64,000 nucleotides of DNA. Origin: Lama guanicoe (lineage: Eukaryota). Every line of letters starts with the position of its first letter. Position 1 is the first letter of the stretch. Below, piece by piece: positions 48,372 through 62,187 of the stretch. The notes under the pieces are model-generated. The model saw only the letters and a program-made list of their open reading frames with translations. It was not told where the DNA came from and made no database searches. Made by a program: the position numbers and the translations under genes. The DNA is taken from positions 2,992,283 to 3,056,282 of the forward strand of contig MU053561.1 in NCBI GenBank assembly GCA_013239625.1. The letters are read 5' to 3'.

Positions 48372-49447
48372 AAGGAAGCTCAAACAAAGCTTCCCAAAGG
48401 CCAGCTGTTCTCAGGAGTCAGATTTGTCCCACTGATAAGACTAAAGGCACATGAAAGGCCATGAAGACAGGCCCCAAGGAAGCAGTTCGAACATGTTCTA
48501 TGAGATGGCAGCATTGTGAGAACACGCAGACATCAGCTTCTCTCGGGGTGGGGCGGGCTTTGAGGAAGATGACACTCCTTTAATTTCATATGCTGGGATA
48601 GTTGCTCAAAGGTGACACTAGCCTTTTTCACTCCCAGCCCAGGAAGCGAGCTCCTGGGAATCTGCAGTGACTCTTAGGGGCGGTGATACCACCAGTGTCC
48701 ACTGGGTGTCTCTCTCACACCAACGATGACACTGCCGTCCTCAAGTCTGAGGGAAATGGTGGGTCTGGGACCCAGCTGGATGCAATGCCGCCCAGAACTC
48801 CGTGGAAGGATTGCTGTGGCTCCATGCTCTTCACAATGATATGACCACCTGTTAAATGTTTACAGAAGCCAAACTGGGATTTTAAAGGACCTCTTTCCTG
48901 CCAACAGGCAGCCAGTAACTTTCCGGTGCACAGAAACCCCTTGGAGATGTTCCCGGCACACTAAGATTTCAGGAGGCTCTTAAGAGTGTCTGTACAGGTC
49001 AGCCCAGTTGCTTTCCATGCCCGGTGTCTCTCTCAGATGCTGCACCAAGGGACCTGCTTATTGCCTTCATCCCTGATGGGGCAGAGCAAGAGGTAGACTC
49101 CAGGCTTCAGGGATTGCCCTTTCCAGAGCAGGTTTATCAGGTCAAAAATCCTTGTTACCTATGTGACTGGGGGCAAGCCTTAACCTTTCTGGTCCTCAGT
49201 TTCCTCATCTGTAAAATGGAACAAATATGACTCTCAAAAAATGTTTCCAGTGTTAAATAGGAATGTGCGTGAAACATTTTAAAAAGTGGAATACTTGTGA
49301 GTCGTTTACGTTAGTACTTTAGAGCAGGGCTTGGCAAAAGTTTTCTGTAAAAAAACAGATAGTGACTATTTTGGGCATTGTTGCCTTAGGGTCTCTGTCA
49401 TAGCTGCTCAGTTCTTCTATTGCAGCATGAAAGCAGCACAGACAGGC

Positions 49448-49969
49448 TGATACAGGAAAAATGGGGCACTAGAGGATGACTGTGTCCCAGGTCTAGGTTG
49501 AGCCCCTGGGACACACCCCATCAGGTGATAAGCCAAGGTCCTTGGCTTCTAGTGGGAAAGAATTCAAGAGTGAGCCATAGCAGAGTGAAGGTAGATTTAT
49601 TCAGAGAAACACACAGCCCGTAGACAGAGTGCAGGCCGTCTCAGAAGGCCAGAGAGAGGGACTATGCGGTGCGGGGTTGTCAGTTTTTGTGGACTTGGTA
49701 GCTTCATATGCTAACAAGTGGGAAGATTATTCTAGTTATTTTGGGGAACGGTTGGGGATTCCCAGGAACTGGGCCACCGCCCACTTTCTGACCTTTTATG
49801 ATCAGCCTCGGAACTGTCTAGCGCCTGTGGGAGTGCCGGTTACCCTGCTAGCGGATTACAGTGAGTGTATGAGGGTCAAGGTCTCCTGGGAGTTGATTCT
49901 CCCACCATCTTGGTGGTAACTGCTGTGTCATTTCTTTGATGGTTGTGCCCTACCCACTTCCCTGTCTCA
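49448..49969 (-). mobile_element. Solo ERV LTR inserted into a MER58-like hAT MITE (~49322-50075)
   Basis: tgatacagg...cctgtctca inverted termini, degenerate TSD aggc/agtc, tttatt signal; MER58-like halves on both sides. Confidence 0.7.
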
Positions 49970-51396
49970 AGTCACAGACAGACTAGCGTGGATGTGTTTC
50001 AAAACAACTTCATTTGACAAAAACAGGCAGTGGGCTGGATTTGGCCCGTGGGCTGTACTTTGCCCACCCTTACAGACTGTTTTTGTAAGGCCTGTGAACT
50101 AAGAATGGTTTTTACATTTCTATAAAGGGTTGTAGGAAACAAAGCAGAGGTGACAGAGACCAGACCGTAGGTGGCTCACAAAGACTTAAATATTTGCCAT
50201 CTGGCTCTTGATAGGAGTTGGCCAACCTCTGCTCTTGCGTGTCTCAGGCTTGTCTTAGCCCAGGAGACAGCAGCTCTGTCCCTGGGTGTGGTAGGACCTG
50301 GCTGGCAGGTCACAATAAAACAGGCAGGAGCCAGGGCCTGGGCCTCCGAGTCACTCCCGTGAGGGAAGCTCTGGGGCTGGAGGAGGAAGGGGAAGCGAGG
50401 CCTCCTGGTTCTCTTTTCTGGGTCTATTTTGGATGGACTTTGTGAAAGAGGATCAGAAAAGATTCCATCAGAAAATGAGCCGATAGTCAAGTCAAGGGGC
50501 TTCTGTTTTCTGAACTGTTTCTAATGTGTGAGGCTGCGCTTTCATCCAGAACTGCTGTGTTCCTGTGCACGGGAACTCGGAGCCACGGGAGACCGGGACC
50601 CCCACCCCCTCGGGGGGGGGCAGGGGGCTCTCACACAGAGAGCAGGGGATCCTCAGGCCTGAGACCTGCTGCCAGAGCCAGGCTGCTGCTTTCTTCTTGA
50701 TTCAGCCACACAAATGAGCAGAGGCGGCAGGTGCCAGGCCCAGAGGAACAGTCCCCAAAGGAAGGAGAGCGAAAACGTAACGGAGAAAGCAAGTTGTGCC
50801 AGGGAAATGGTGGCCAGTGGCAGCAGGACCGTCTCTGGAGGAGGGTGGGGGCCTGGGGCTGAGACCCTGGGAAGTGTCTGTCCGCCTTTGCGCTGGGCAG
50901 GGGAGTGGGCTGGATGTTGCAGCTGGTCCTCGTCGTGTTTTCACTCCCTCCTTCCCCTCCTCAGCTCTCCTGATCCCAAGACAAGATGCTGTTGGATAAA
51001 CAGGGGCTGCTCGGTGCCACTGAGTTCCCTGTCCACCATCAGGAACCCGTGGTTCCTCCCAGCATTCTTATGGCTCGAAGGCGCTCAGGACTGGCCTGGT
51101 GCCACTCAGACCCGAAAGGGCTCTGGGCGAGTTCTCCCTTCCACTCTTAAGTCATTCCATAGTAGCTCTGGGACTCCCAGAGAATGGTCCTGGAAAAAAC
51201 ACTATGTCATTTATTGCTTTTTTTTTCCCAAGTAAAGAAATAAACTTTTAAGTTTTTTTTTAATTGAAATATACATAGTTGATTTGCAGTGTTGTATTCA
51301 TTTTCATTTGTTGCTTTTTGTGACTTGAAGTCATATATATTCACTGCAGAAAATTTGGAGGATATAGACATGGGTAAAGAATAGATTAGAAGGATT

Positions 51397-51554
51397 TAAA
51401 CATTTTATTTTTTTTTTACTTTAGGGGGAAATAATTAAATTTATTTATTTATTAGTCTATTTATTTATTTTTTAGAGGGGGTACTGGGGATTGAACTCAT
51501 GACCTCATGCATGCTAAGCACGCTCTCTACCACTGGGCTCTACCCTCTCCCCCG
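51397..51554 (-). mobile_element. Vic-1-like SINE with TSD
   Basis: gtactggggattgaactc..gcatgctaagcacgctctctaccactg; TSD agaaggatt at 51388-51396 and 51555-51563. Confidence 0.88.
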
Positions 51555-51589
51555 AGAAGGATTCTAGACTGAAAACCAACCTGATTAAT

Positions 51590-52105
51590 TCAGGAAACAA
51601 GTATTTAATTGAGTGCCTACTATGTGTGAGGCCCTGTTGTCGGTGCGAGGGATACTGCATGAGCAGAACAAAGTCCTTTGCCTCATCGAGCCTATATTCT
51701 AGCATAGGAAACACTCCATGGGGCAGAAGGAGGGGCTAGAGGCTGATGGAGCAGGGCACCATTGATGACAAGTGGTCAGAAACAGAGGAAACAAGGTAGG
51801 TGGGTGTCTGGGGAAGCGTGTTTCAGGCAGAAGGAACAGAAATGTGGCAAGAGCCTGCTGGGAGTGTTCAGGGACGTGAAGGAGACGAGTGCGGCTGGAG
51901 CAGATGAGCAAGGATATGTGGGGACTTGAAGGCCATGGTGAGGACCCCGGATGGTCAGTGGAGTGAAACAGAAATCCAGTGTAGGCTCCTGAACAGAAGA
52001 GCGACCTGACCGGCGCTATGTTTTGCAACAGTCATTCTGAACCCTGGGTGGAACATAGACAGAGTCTGGGGCTGGACGCTGGGAAGCCAGTGAGGTGACT
52101 GCCAT
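51590..52105 (-). mobile_element. L2 3' fragment
   Basis: aacaagtatttaattgagtgcctactatgtg..ttcaggcagaaggaacag. Confidence 0.7.
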
Positions 52106-52107
52106 AG

Positions 52108-52595
52108 GGCAGGGAGGAAAGAGTTTTCCTTCACCTTCTTAGGGTCCCGGGTTGGGTCTGAAAATTAAACTGACAAAGACAGATCAGCAAGAGAAGGGCG
52201 TGTAAATTGTGTTGATTTTGTACACGTACCTGGAAGTCTCCCCAACAGAATGAAGACCGGAAGAAGTGGCCAGAACAGGAAGCTTCTGTGCTTTTTTGAC
52301 AAAGAAACAGTGCATGTGTGAGGAATGGAGAAGACAGGAGATAGAAAGTAAAGTTATCAAGGCTTGTTTATACAGCCATCGGGGCCCTGAGTCTCCTGTC
52401 TCTGGTGATAAGGATGCCTTCCTTCCTCCTGGTTCAGAGAGGGTCCTTTCCCATGGGAAGTTTATCTTTTGCTTTCAGGAGGACACAGCAGGGTTAGGGT
52501 GTCTTTTTTGTACCAGCTTTTTCTTAAGTCCCTTTAATTCAAAGTGACCAGTATGCCAAGGTGGCACATTTAGGCGTGACATATTCTTCTCTTTA
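52108..52595 (-). mobile_element. Old ERV1 LTR (MER34/MER39-like)
   Basis: ggtctgaaaattaaactgacaaagacagat..ccagtatgccaaggtggcacatttagg. Confidence 0.55.
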
Positions 52596-55169
52596 ATGGT
52601 TGTACAAAGCTTTACAAGCAGAGGGGACTGCCCTGTATGAAGGCGTGGAAGTGGAGGGGACCCTAAAGCCCCTCCCCGTGGGCTTCTGCTGTTACCCCTC
52701 AGTGGTCCCTGAGGCTCCACCTTGGAACCCCAGGATGCCCAGGAGCACAGTTTGCAAACCACTGGACTAGGAGTTCTCTAAGGGCCCTTCCACCTCCCGG
52801 CTCCTGTGCTCGTGTGATCCGGCCTGTCAGGCTGCTTTAGGCTGGGACCTGATTCCGTGGGAGCGGGCTGGGTCTCCATCATCCAGGCCACTGAAAATGT
52901 CAGCTTGAAAACTGGACTGGTCTCAGGGACCGGGAAGGGGGAAATTCTGAAAATTAATTCACCTCCCACACAGAGGATGTGGCCAGCCCTGTTGTGGGGA
53001 TTATAAAGATGAATGAAATGAGTGTCTGCCCCAAGCCACTCACCAGCTGGGATGGAAGTCGCAGGAAGGACCCACCTACCCTGTAGAGGGGTCTGTGGTC
53101 CCCTTGCCTTGCCTTTCTTCCTTCTGCCAGGGGCCAGTGGTTCCCAAACTGGGCTGGTCGGGAGGTCATCTGGGGAGCTTCATACAGACTCCAAGAGGGC
53201 TCCTCCAGAGGTTCTAATTCAGTTGCTGGCTGGGGCCTGGGAGTCTGTGTGCTAAAAGCTCCCTGGGAGGACCTGAGTGGCTGCTGGGTTGAGGAAGCTT
53301 GGAAACCCCCTCCCCCAGCCTCCTCAGCCACTCAACAGGCCTGGGCTAACTCTCTGCTATTTATTTACTATCTTATTTCAGAACGCCTCTCCTGAGCTGA
53401 GCTATTGATCTGTGAAACCATTTAGTGGCCCGAAATATCCCCCGAATACAACCAACAATGGAGAAAATATTTGTATAGAGCACCACGATTCTCACTGAGG
53501 GGGACCCTGACAGGTGGCATAAGGCATGCGGGACAGGTGGGACCCAAACATCCACTGCAGAACCTGAGGAAAATCTGACACTTCCAAATAGAGAGAGAGA
53601 GAGAAGAAAGGCAGAGGGGAGGGGAGAATGAATGGTGGGCAAATGAATAGTCGTTTTTCTCTCAGTTACCAGGAAGAAAAAAATATATCAACAAAACCAG
53701 ACCGGGAGCCGTCAACTACAAAGATTCCTCTGAGTCAGACTTCTTTCCTGGAAGCTGTGAACTTTCTCCTGAGCACTCATTAATCTAATATGAAGCCCCT
53801 TAACCTTCCTGATTGTTCTCTTTCAGTACCAGCTGGTTTCATATTAACCTTTCAGTCTTTCCCATAATGCAGTTACGTCCAGCTCCAGTGACCTCCAGCT
53901 CCAGCTCCAGCCAGACCTGATCCAGTCCGTCTCCTCTCCTGGCTGCTCGCCCCCCTTCCTACTCCTCCAGGCCCTGCTGGTCCCTCTCTCCTCCTCAATG
54001 TGCTGAGGAGGACCCGTCTGGAGTGGTGTCCGCATTTTTGCGACGGGGCCTGACACGGCTCCTCTGTTATTTCAGACGAGGCTGTCAGCGGGAGACCCCG
54101 GCTACCCCACCCGTGGCAGGCGAATCGGCCTCGGGCTATTGCTCGGGCTCTGGCATTTGAGCTTTGTTCTTCCCCTCTCCTGGGAAGAACTCACTGAAAT
54201 CATTTCTTTGGGAAAGACCAGGCATCTCACCGAGCTGCTGAAGGCACGTCAGGAAGCTGGCTGCCTCGGGCTCCCGTTGTGCCCCGTGAGGGGCGAGGCC
54301 ACCGGGCGTTAACGCTAGCCCGTGGTGCTGTTTCCAGAACGGCCATGTCAGGAGTGCCCCTCTGTGGCCGGCCGCGCGGCCTGAGTTGATTGCTGGCCTC
54401 TCTGAGCAGCGAGTTAGTATCGGAGAGGGCCCTTGACTCCGTGAGTAATTGTAATACATGCACTAAACGTAAGCAGGGCGTGAGGGCGAAGGTCTCTTAT
54501 CCTGGGGGGGGGCACGGGGGTGAGGGGTTGCCACTGGGGCACCGCCTCTTCTCTTTACGGTCAGGGCAGAGCTGGAAAGAACAGCAGCGTTCACTGTCCA
54601 AGCCCTCACTTCACGGGGAGCAGCGGCCTTGCCTCGAGCTGAGGCTGCAGAGTGCAGTCAGAAGAAGGTCTGAGGCTTGTGAGCGGGCTTCTCCCGGCTT
54701 CACTGCTTCCCCCTGGGAAGGGCAGGGTCAGTCTTCCCAACAGGGCAGTGGGTGACATGGCTGGGACTAGGGGTGTCCCCAGCGGAGGCCCGCCTCCCAG
54801 CTGACAGGGACCAAAGCCAGGCCGTCTATGGCCCGCCCTCCTGCCCAGGGATCCAGGTTTGGTGTTTGTTCTGGGCTTCTGCCTGGTGAGGACACCCACC
54901 AGCACCTCCTCAGACCTCAGGGGACCCCCTACCCCACCAAATGGAAACACGCCTGAGGGTGGGGGAAAGGCAGGCCCCTGGCGCATCCAGGTCGTCTCTC
55001 AGCTGGGCCCACGCCCACAGAGCCCACCCCCTTCCTCCACCAAGCGCCGGAATCAGCGCCCCTTTCCATGAGTGGACCCGACCCTGGGCTGAATGTCGGT
55101 GGACCACACTGTCACTGGTGGGCCCGGGAGCCCTCTCTGAGCAGCTCCAGCCTGCATGCCAGGGACTTC

Positions 55170-55352
55170 TTTTTCTTCTTCTTTTTTATTTTTAGTTGAA
55201 GTGTAATTGGCACACAATGCTAGTTTCAGGTGTACAGCAAAGCAATTCAGTTATACGTATACATACATACATGTTTTCAGATTCTTTTCCATTATAGGTT
55301 ATTACAAGAAATTGAATATAGTTCCCTGTGCTACACAGTAGGTCCTTGTTGT
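55170..55352 (-). mobile_element. Short L1 3' end
   Basis: ttcaggtgtacagcaaagc..attgaatatagttccctgtgctacacagtaggtccttgttg; flanks ccag(g)gacttc. Confidence 0.8.
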
Positions 55353-58300
55353 CCAGGACTTCCTCCAGACAGTCTCTGGGATGTGGCGTCCGGCTCCACT
55401 GTTGTTCCCCCCCCCCACGGGGAGCATCCTGACTTCCACCCCTTTCTTACCCGAGTGGGATACTTCTGTCAGTTTACTCCCACTTCAGGGGACTGGGGGG
55501 CAGATTGCAGATAAAGGAGGTCGGGACACTAAAACCAGCATTGCCTTCTTCAGCCTGTGGTCCAGCATGGCTCTGTTTGCCCACAGCCACACACAGCAAG
55601 AGGGGACCTCGCCAGCCCTGCACTCCCAGGCTCTGGATAGAGGGATGTCGCCCGTTTGTCAAAGGGAAGACCCCCAAGTCCACGTTGAAAGCTTAACCTT
55701 GCCCTAAAGAGCGCTCTGGAAGGGCTCCAGGTTCTCCCTGGCACCAGGTGCTGCCATTAGGTTGGGCAGTCATGCACAGCCCTTCACGAGAAAATGCAGC
55801 AGAGGCCAGGCTAACCTGGGGGGGTCACAGGCCCCAGGGGTAAAGGTTTCCCTGGTTTGTCCCAGGTGACAGGCAAATGAGACGAAACAAAAACTTGAAA
55901 CTGATTAAATACCTGCAAAAATATAACACTTCTAAATAACAGTGCTGTTTTTTCATTCTTTGTCTTTTGAGGGTATTTTAGGCAACTGAAGCTTGGGAGT
56001 TTTTTTTCCCTCTCATTTGGTTGTCAAATGTTCAAAATGATATCCAGAGCTGTCCAATTTGCCTGTCGCCCCAGGCTTAGTGATGCTTAAGAAGTAAGAC
56101 TGGGTGGGTTTCATTGGACAGGCTGGGGGCTGGGACTGTCATCTCTCTGGGAATCAGGGAGCTGCATTCACCAAGGACCTGTGGTCAGCAGAGCCAGGCC
56201 TGGGATCTGTAGGAAGATGCAACCAACTGGCCCTGATATGCTCTTGTGGGGCCTGAGTACTGCTGGGAAGAGAAAGGATTGAAGCTTGGTAAGAAAAAAA
56301 GCACGATGAGAAACAAAAGCAAGTGATTCCACTCAAGTTAATTAAGCGCAAGCTCACTAGAAATGGGTTTTGATTGGAGAAGGGATTGGCCAGTTGGGGT
56401 TAACCACAGCGTGAGGAGGCGAGCTCTAAACTGGACATGGAGGCTGCAGAGAGAAGGTAGGAGAAGGTTTCTGTATTTGGGTGGAGTGGTCAGTGTTGGG
56501 GTGGGGATGTGGATAATTGAAGTCACATACGCACAGAGTTTTAGGAGGAAGGGGAGCAGAGGGGCCATGTTGGCCTAGAGCAATCAGCCACTAGTCTAAC
56601 AGGTCACACTGGGGATTCTGCGACACCATCTCCCTCCCCCACCCCCATGCGTGCCTCTCTCTGCTTCTCTGCAGCTCGGGCCTGTGCCCACCCACCAGGA
56701 TTGGTACAGTTATTTCCATAGCAACCAACTGTTCTGTCACAGAGACCCGATTCTGACTCCAGGTGGGTTACGAACAGAAGGAACACACACATCCACTAAG
56801 TGACAAAGATCTAGTTTTCCAGTAAGTGCCCCTGCTCATAAAGAAGAGAAAACGTACAAACTACAAGATAAATGGAGCAGGGATGAGCAAATGCTAAATC
56901 TTCCGTGCGGCATCAACTGTTTGCTGCAGACAACAGCAACAACCTGATAGGTTCAACAAGAGCGATGCTGGCAGGGAGAGCCAGGACAGCCTCTGCCCGG
57001 CTGCCGCTAAGGGTGATGGCAGGGTGGGCGATGCACGATGGTGGGTCTGGGAGGCGGAGAGGAAACGGCTTGAGTGCGTCGTCCCAGTCGTGTACACGTT
57101 CCTAATGCTTCTGCTGGGACAGCTGCCCTGCTGCGGTTGTCAGTCCAGCAGGACCTCGCAGGATCCTGGCGTTCCTGCCTGCCTGGTGCTTGCCTTCTTT
57201 CTAAGAGGATTCACCCATGCTTGCTAGGTTTGGTAGCCCAAGCACAAACCTCACTAATTAGAAATCACTGGGAGAAAAGTAAGCCTGAATCACAAGGTAC
57301 TCTGGGACCAAGCAAGCATATTATTACTCTGAAGGCACGACCAAGGTGGTGCCTTGGTCACGGAATCAGAGTCTGGTCCAGTCTGATCTACCTCACACTG
57401 TGTGACCCTGGGCAAGTCCCTTCCCCGTCTTGGTCCGCATCTCGTGGATGTAATGACCTCCAGATGCAGTGCCGGCTCTAGTCCACGCTGCCAAGTCCTG
57501 TCTCCGTGCAGGCACCTACTGGCAGTGACTGAACTGTAATCGTGAGATTGATCTACTGCGTCGAGTGCTTTCATAAAGCAAAACCATTTATTCATTTGCC
57601 ATTCATTTCCACCGTCAGTTAATGTTGATTGACCACCTTCTCTGTGGCAATCACAGGGCCAGGCACCAGGAATCAAGGTAAGAGGTGGCGGCGTCTTTGG
57701 GGTCCTCCTAGCTGTGCAGGGAGACAGAACCACAGGGAGGGCTGGCCTCTGCGTGTGGACAGGGGACACTGGGACCTGGGGGAAGGTGCCTGTGGATGTG
57801 GAGGGGAGGAGGGCAAGCTGCATGGAGGAGTGGTGCTGAGGGGATCCCCAAGAGACCCAGGGACCTGGGAGCGGCAGGAGGGGGAGAGGCGGGAGCAGAC
57901 ATGCTGTGGGTGTTGGTGCTCTGACCTCGTCATTCTCCTCCCAGAGCTGGAGATGAATGGGCCGCTCAGAGAGGAAGACAGTAAGTTAAGGGGAAGGGGA
58001 GCAGGTAGAATCCCAGGAGGGAGGAGGATGAGAGCTGGGGTTTGTGCCGGCAGATGCGTCACAAGAGGAGATTCGAGGTGGTGTTGGTGGCCAGTGTGGT
58101 GAGGCCATCATTGTGGAGTCCCTGGGGTGCGGTGGGGGGTGAGCGCCCGTACTCGGGAACAGCCTAAAGACCAGGCAAGGCTGCCTGAGAGCCTGGACCC
58201 AGTGGGCAGGCTGCTCCCCGCCACCCCGTGCCCCTCCGCCCAGGGCTGGCAGGTGATTGACGCATGGATTGAGTGCAGGGCAATGGCAGTCTGCCCTGCA

Positions 58301-58419
58301 AGCCCCAGAAAATCGGGGAGAGGATTACAGACCGTGGTACAAAGGTGAATCTTGTCCCGGGAGCCAGAGATAGCGAGCACCTGTTTTCTGTGCTTCTCTA
58401 CTTAAGAGAATCATGGAGG

Positions 58420-58582
58420 GGGAGGGGGAAGCGGGGAGGGGAGAGTACAGCTCAGTGGTAGAGTGCATGCCTAGCATGCACAAGGTCCTGGGTTCAATCC
58501 CCAGTACCTCCATTAAAAAAAGGAGAAAATAAATGAATAGATAAATACACCTAATTACTTCCTCCTGCAAAAAAAAAAAAAA
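58420..58582 (+). mobile_element. Vic-1-like SINE
   Basis: agctcagtggtagagtgcatgcctagcatgcacaaggtcctgggttcaatccccagtacctcc followed by an A tail. Confidence 0.88.
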
Positions 58583-61500
58583 TAGAGCATCACAGGGACT
58601 TTCTGTAGCCTCTCCTACCAGGTACCTGTTTACTAGCAACTACTTGATGTTGTTGAGCTGAGCATTCTCAGGGCTCCCCGGAGGCCGACGCCCATGCCCT
58701 TGAAGAGTTTATAGTACCACTTGGAGTTTCCATTTGCACGTGCGAGCTTAAGCGAGCTGAGCTCTGTTCTCTGTAGGGGCTGAGCTCGGAGCACAGGCTG
58801 AGAAGGCTAGAGGGCAAGGGAGAAAGAAGGAGTCATCTCTCAGACCGGTCTGCTCAGGATGTCTTAATGGGGAAAGTGGCATTTGCAAGGGTCTTGAAGG
58901 ATAAGTGGATAGAGAGAAAGAGGTCAGAACAAAGCTGTGTTTGGGAGGCAGTGGAGAGACAAAGCTTCCAGAAGCATCCTGTCAGTGGGCGCTAACACTT
59001 GTCTCAGAGGAAGGCTGGGCACCAGCATGGAAAGGACCACCTTTTGTGATACTGGAAATGCCCTTCAAGGTCAACCTCCACCCAGGCTGGACTCCTGGGT
59101 CTGCAATTCAGTAGCTGGCTGGGCCTGGCCAACTTCCTTAACTTCCGTGAGCCTAAACTTTCTCGTCTGTCAAATAGTGAATGGCAATAACGTTGATCTC
59201 AAAGGGCTGTGGGAGGACAGAGCTAAGCGTGACCACAGGTAGAGCACCCGGCATTCAGCAGGCCTCAAGGAATCCTGGTCCCTTCCTTTCCTGGGCCCAC
59301 TGAAAATGTTGCATTTGAGACGGAAGGGAATGAACGTTCCCGAAGTCCTCTGAGTGCCCTTGAGGAGGTAAATACACAGATTGATCAGCGGGGAAAAGTA
59401 TGTTCCCTTCCAGCCCGTGGGGTGAGTTGAGCATGCACACTTGTCTCCGGATGTTTGACTTCCTGAGGCTTCCCTGAACAATGCCATCTCTGTCTTGGCA
59501 CTGCTGGCATGCAGTCCCATGAGAGCCAGGTTCTCGTCACATGTCCTTTCCCTGGAGTGAGTCATTGGAGCGTGGGGCGGCAGTCATAACCTTCACCAGC
59601 CACGGGAGGTGAAGGTGGCCTGGAACACAAACAGCACAACTTCGCGTTCCCTTCCGTCCGCATCTTGCCCCGGGCCTTAACTGGGCAACTCAAAAAAGTA
59701 GGGTCGCATAATGAATGAGATAAACTGAGTGGCCCCCTTGTAATTCACAAACAAAGGGCCTTTCAATAGCCTGTGGTCCAAAGTCTTATCTGTCACAATA
59801 AAATCTAGCCAGTTACAAACTGGGGTGAGAATGGGCGAGCCCACCAAGACTTCTTGGCCCCAACAGAAAGTTGGAAAAGCCATGTTGATACTTTCCCAAG
59901 GGAAAAAGGTGACAATGGACAGAGAAGGGGAAAAATCTAAATAACGGATGGAAAGACATACAGAATTTAAACTTTGAAAACTGGCTGCCTGTCTGCCTTC
60001 TTTGGTTGTCTAAGTATAAAATGATTTTATGATGACAAGCAGAAAAATAAACACACAAACCTACATGTAACCTCCACAACCTCGTAGTTCACAAAACTTG
60101 ACGGTTCCTCGAGAATGGATGGTGTCTGTAATCTGGACAGCCAGTGTGGTGGAGCAGAAAAATAGTAGACAGGGAACTGGGACAGTCTAAGTTTGTCCCT
60201 GCACACTGGCCATGTGATCTTGGCCAAGCCACCTTGCTTCTCTGGAACTGAGTTTCCTCAACTGAAAAATAAAAAGTTTGTCTAGATAACTTAGTTTCCT
60301 TTGAACCCCCTCCTGCCCCCAAAAGCTTTGATTTTCATGGCTACTCACACTTTGATTCTTAAAACCAAAAAGAGGGGAAAGATGACAGTCCTTACCAGCC
60401 CCACTCCATTTCCTCGCACAGCCCCTCAAACACAAGTCCAGAAGGGGCTCCTCTTTTGTGGAAGGTCTGTACCTAGAACTAGGACCAGAAAGGAGGGAAA
60501 CTCTGAAAAGAGCTGCAGAGGCGACAGAGTGGGGCTTCACGCCTGATAGGATATGGGGGCTGCAGTCACACCGAGGCGGAGAGAATGTCACTGAGGACAT
60601 CCAGCAACCTGGCCAGCCTGAACGCGGGGCAGCTTATCCTGGGGGCTGTCATCCAGGAGAGCCCGAGGTCAAGAAGTGAGCCGGCTTAGAGAAATTGATC
60701 TACTGCGGCAGAGGCTATGGGTTACCCCCCAAATATCAGCTTCCTTTCTTAAAAACAGGACCCCTAGTTTTTGGTTACACATGTGCCTCCTATCCCCACT
60801 TTGAACAAAGACAATTTCCACCTTTCTTGCATGTAGGTGTGATCACATGACTACACCTGGCCACTTCTAATCAGAAGTGTCAGACTTCGGGTTTCGCGCT
60901 GGCTAGAAGGCAATAAGATTTAGGAGGATTCAGGTCTTGTAGTTACAATCAGATTTGAATCTTACCCTTTCTGAACTTACACACAGGACACCTTAACCAG
61001 CCAGGGACCCATTCATGGAAAGCGTCTGCACATCTGCATCTTTAGTGCTTTTACAGTCAGGGTGCTACTTTATCACCTTATTTCTATGTTCTAAGGGATG
61101 CCTTGCCCTATGTACTAACTACTGGGGACAGGTACAAATGAGTAGCCTGAAGTGAGGCTGATGGCAGAATTTAGGTGCTGGGGAGCATGGAGGAACCAAT
61201 CCCCATGCCCCAACCCAGTGAAGGACACCTAGAGATGAAACTGGTTTTAGTAGGGAGACGGCTGGATCAGTTCCATGCCTGCTGAGCTGCAGTTCTAATC
61301 AGTAACTGCTAATAGTTAATATATATTGAGCACCTGCTTTGTGCCTGGGAACGTTCTAAGCATTTAATTGCATCACCTCACCACTACCATTTGAGGTAGC
61401 TGCTAATATTACCCCCACTTGAGACAGAAGCTGGGAGCTCAAGAGGTGAAGCCAGTCGCACGTTGTCCTACAGCTAGCAGGTGGAGGAGCTGTGCCTCCA

Positions 61501-62168
61501 GCCCAGGTGTCTCTGATGCCGGGGCCATGAACTATTAAGTAGTTGTTCTTAGGGAGTTTAAGAAAAAAAAAGTCTTCCCTGCTAACTCCCTCTTATCAGA
61601 ATATCTCTCTTCTCTCTGATGTTGGTTCCACACTTGGTGGTTTATCTGAGAAAAGCCCTGCAAACCGGCTGAGGCTCTCACTCTCCCAGGTGATGAAATT
61701 AGAAGTGTTTTTTTTTTTTAGGGGCTTTGCAATAGTGTGCCAACAAGTCCACTGGAGGTGGGTGGGAGCACGAAGAACTCTCATTTGCAGCATTTGCCAG
61801 TTTCCATGGTGTAAATGTTCCCACCATGATCACTTTCGAGCCGTTATTGTAGCTTGCGAAGTTCCTTGAGTAGTTAATCATCGACTCTGGTGCAGTCCAC
61901 TCCAGCACACCCCTGGGGCCCAGAGGATTGTATTGAAGATGTTAGCTGGGAATTTTCCAAATCCATGGCTGGACTGAGAAACTGCAGGCACTAGCAGGCT
62001 CCCAGTGCTCTTCCAGGTGTACCTTTGATGGGGTCCCCAGCTTCTCCCTGGAGGTCTGGCCTGGGGCACTCTGGGAGGCCTTGCTGTGGCCCCGAGCTCA
62101 GCAGCCCCTGGGCTCACCTGTCACCCTCCCTCCTGAGGCGTCTGCTCACCTCCTTAAAATAGCCCCTG

Positions 62169-62187
62169 TGGCCAGCAGGTGGCAGCA
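62169..62187 (+). promoter_or_regulatory. Candidate CTCF binding site
   Basis: TGGCCAGCAGGTGGCAGCA closely matches the CTCF core consensus. Motif only; no binding data. Confidence 0.55.

Noticed and set aside
50714..58102. Several 120-177 aa ORFs in GC-rich intergenic DNA (e.g. 50714..51235, 57290..57823, 57629..58102)
   Set aside because: No recognisable protein family, no consistent exon structure, and overlapping frames on both strands.
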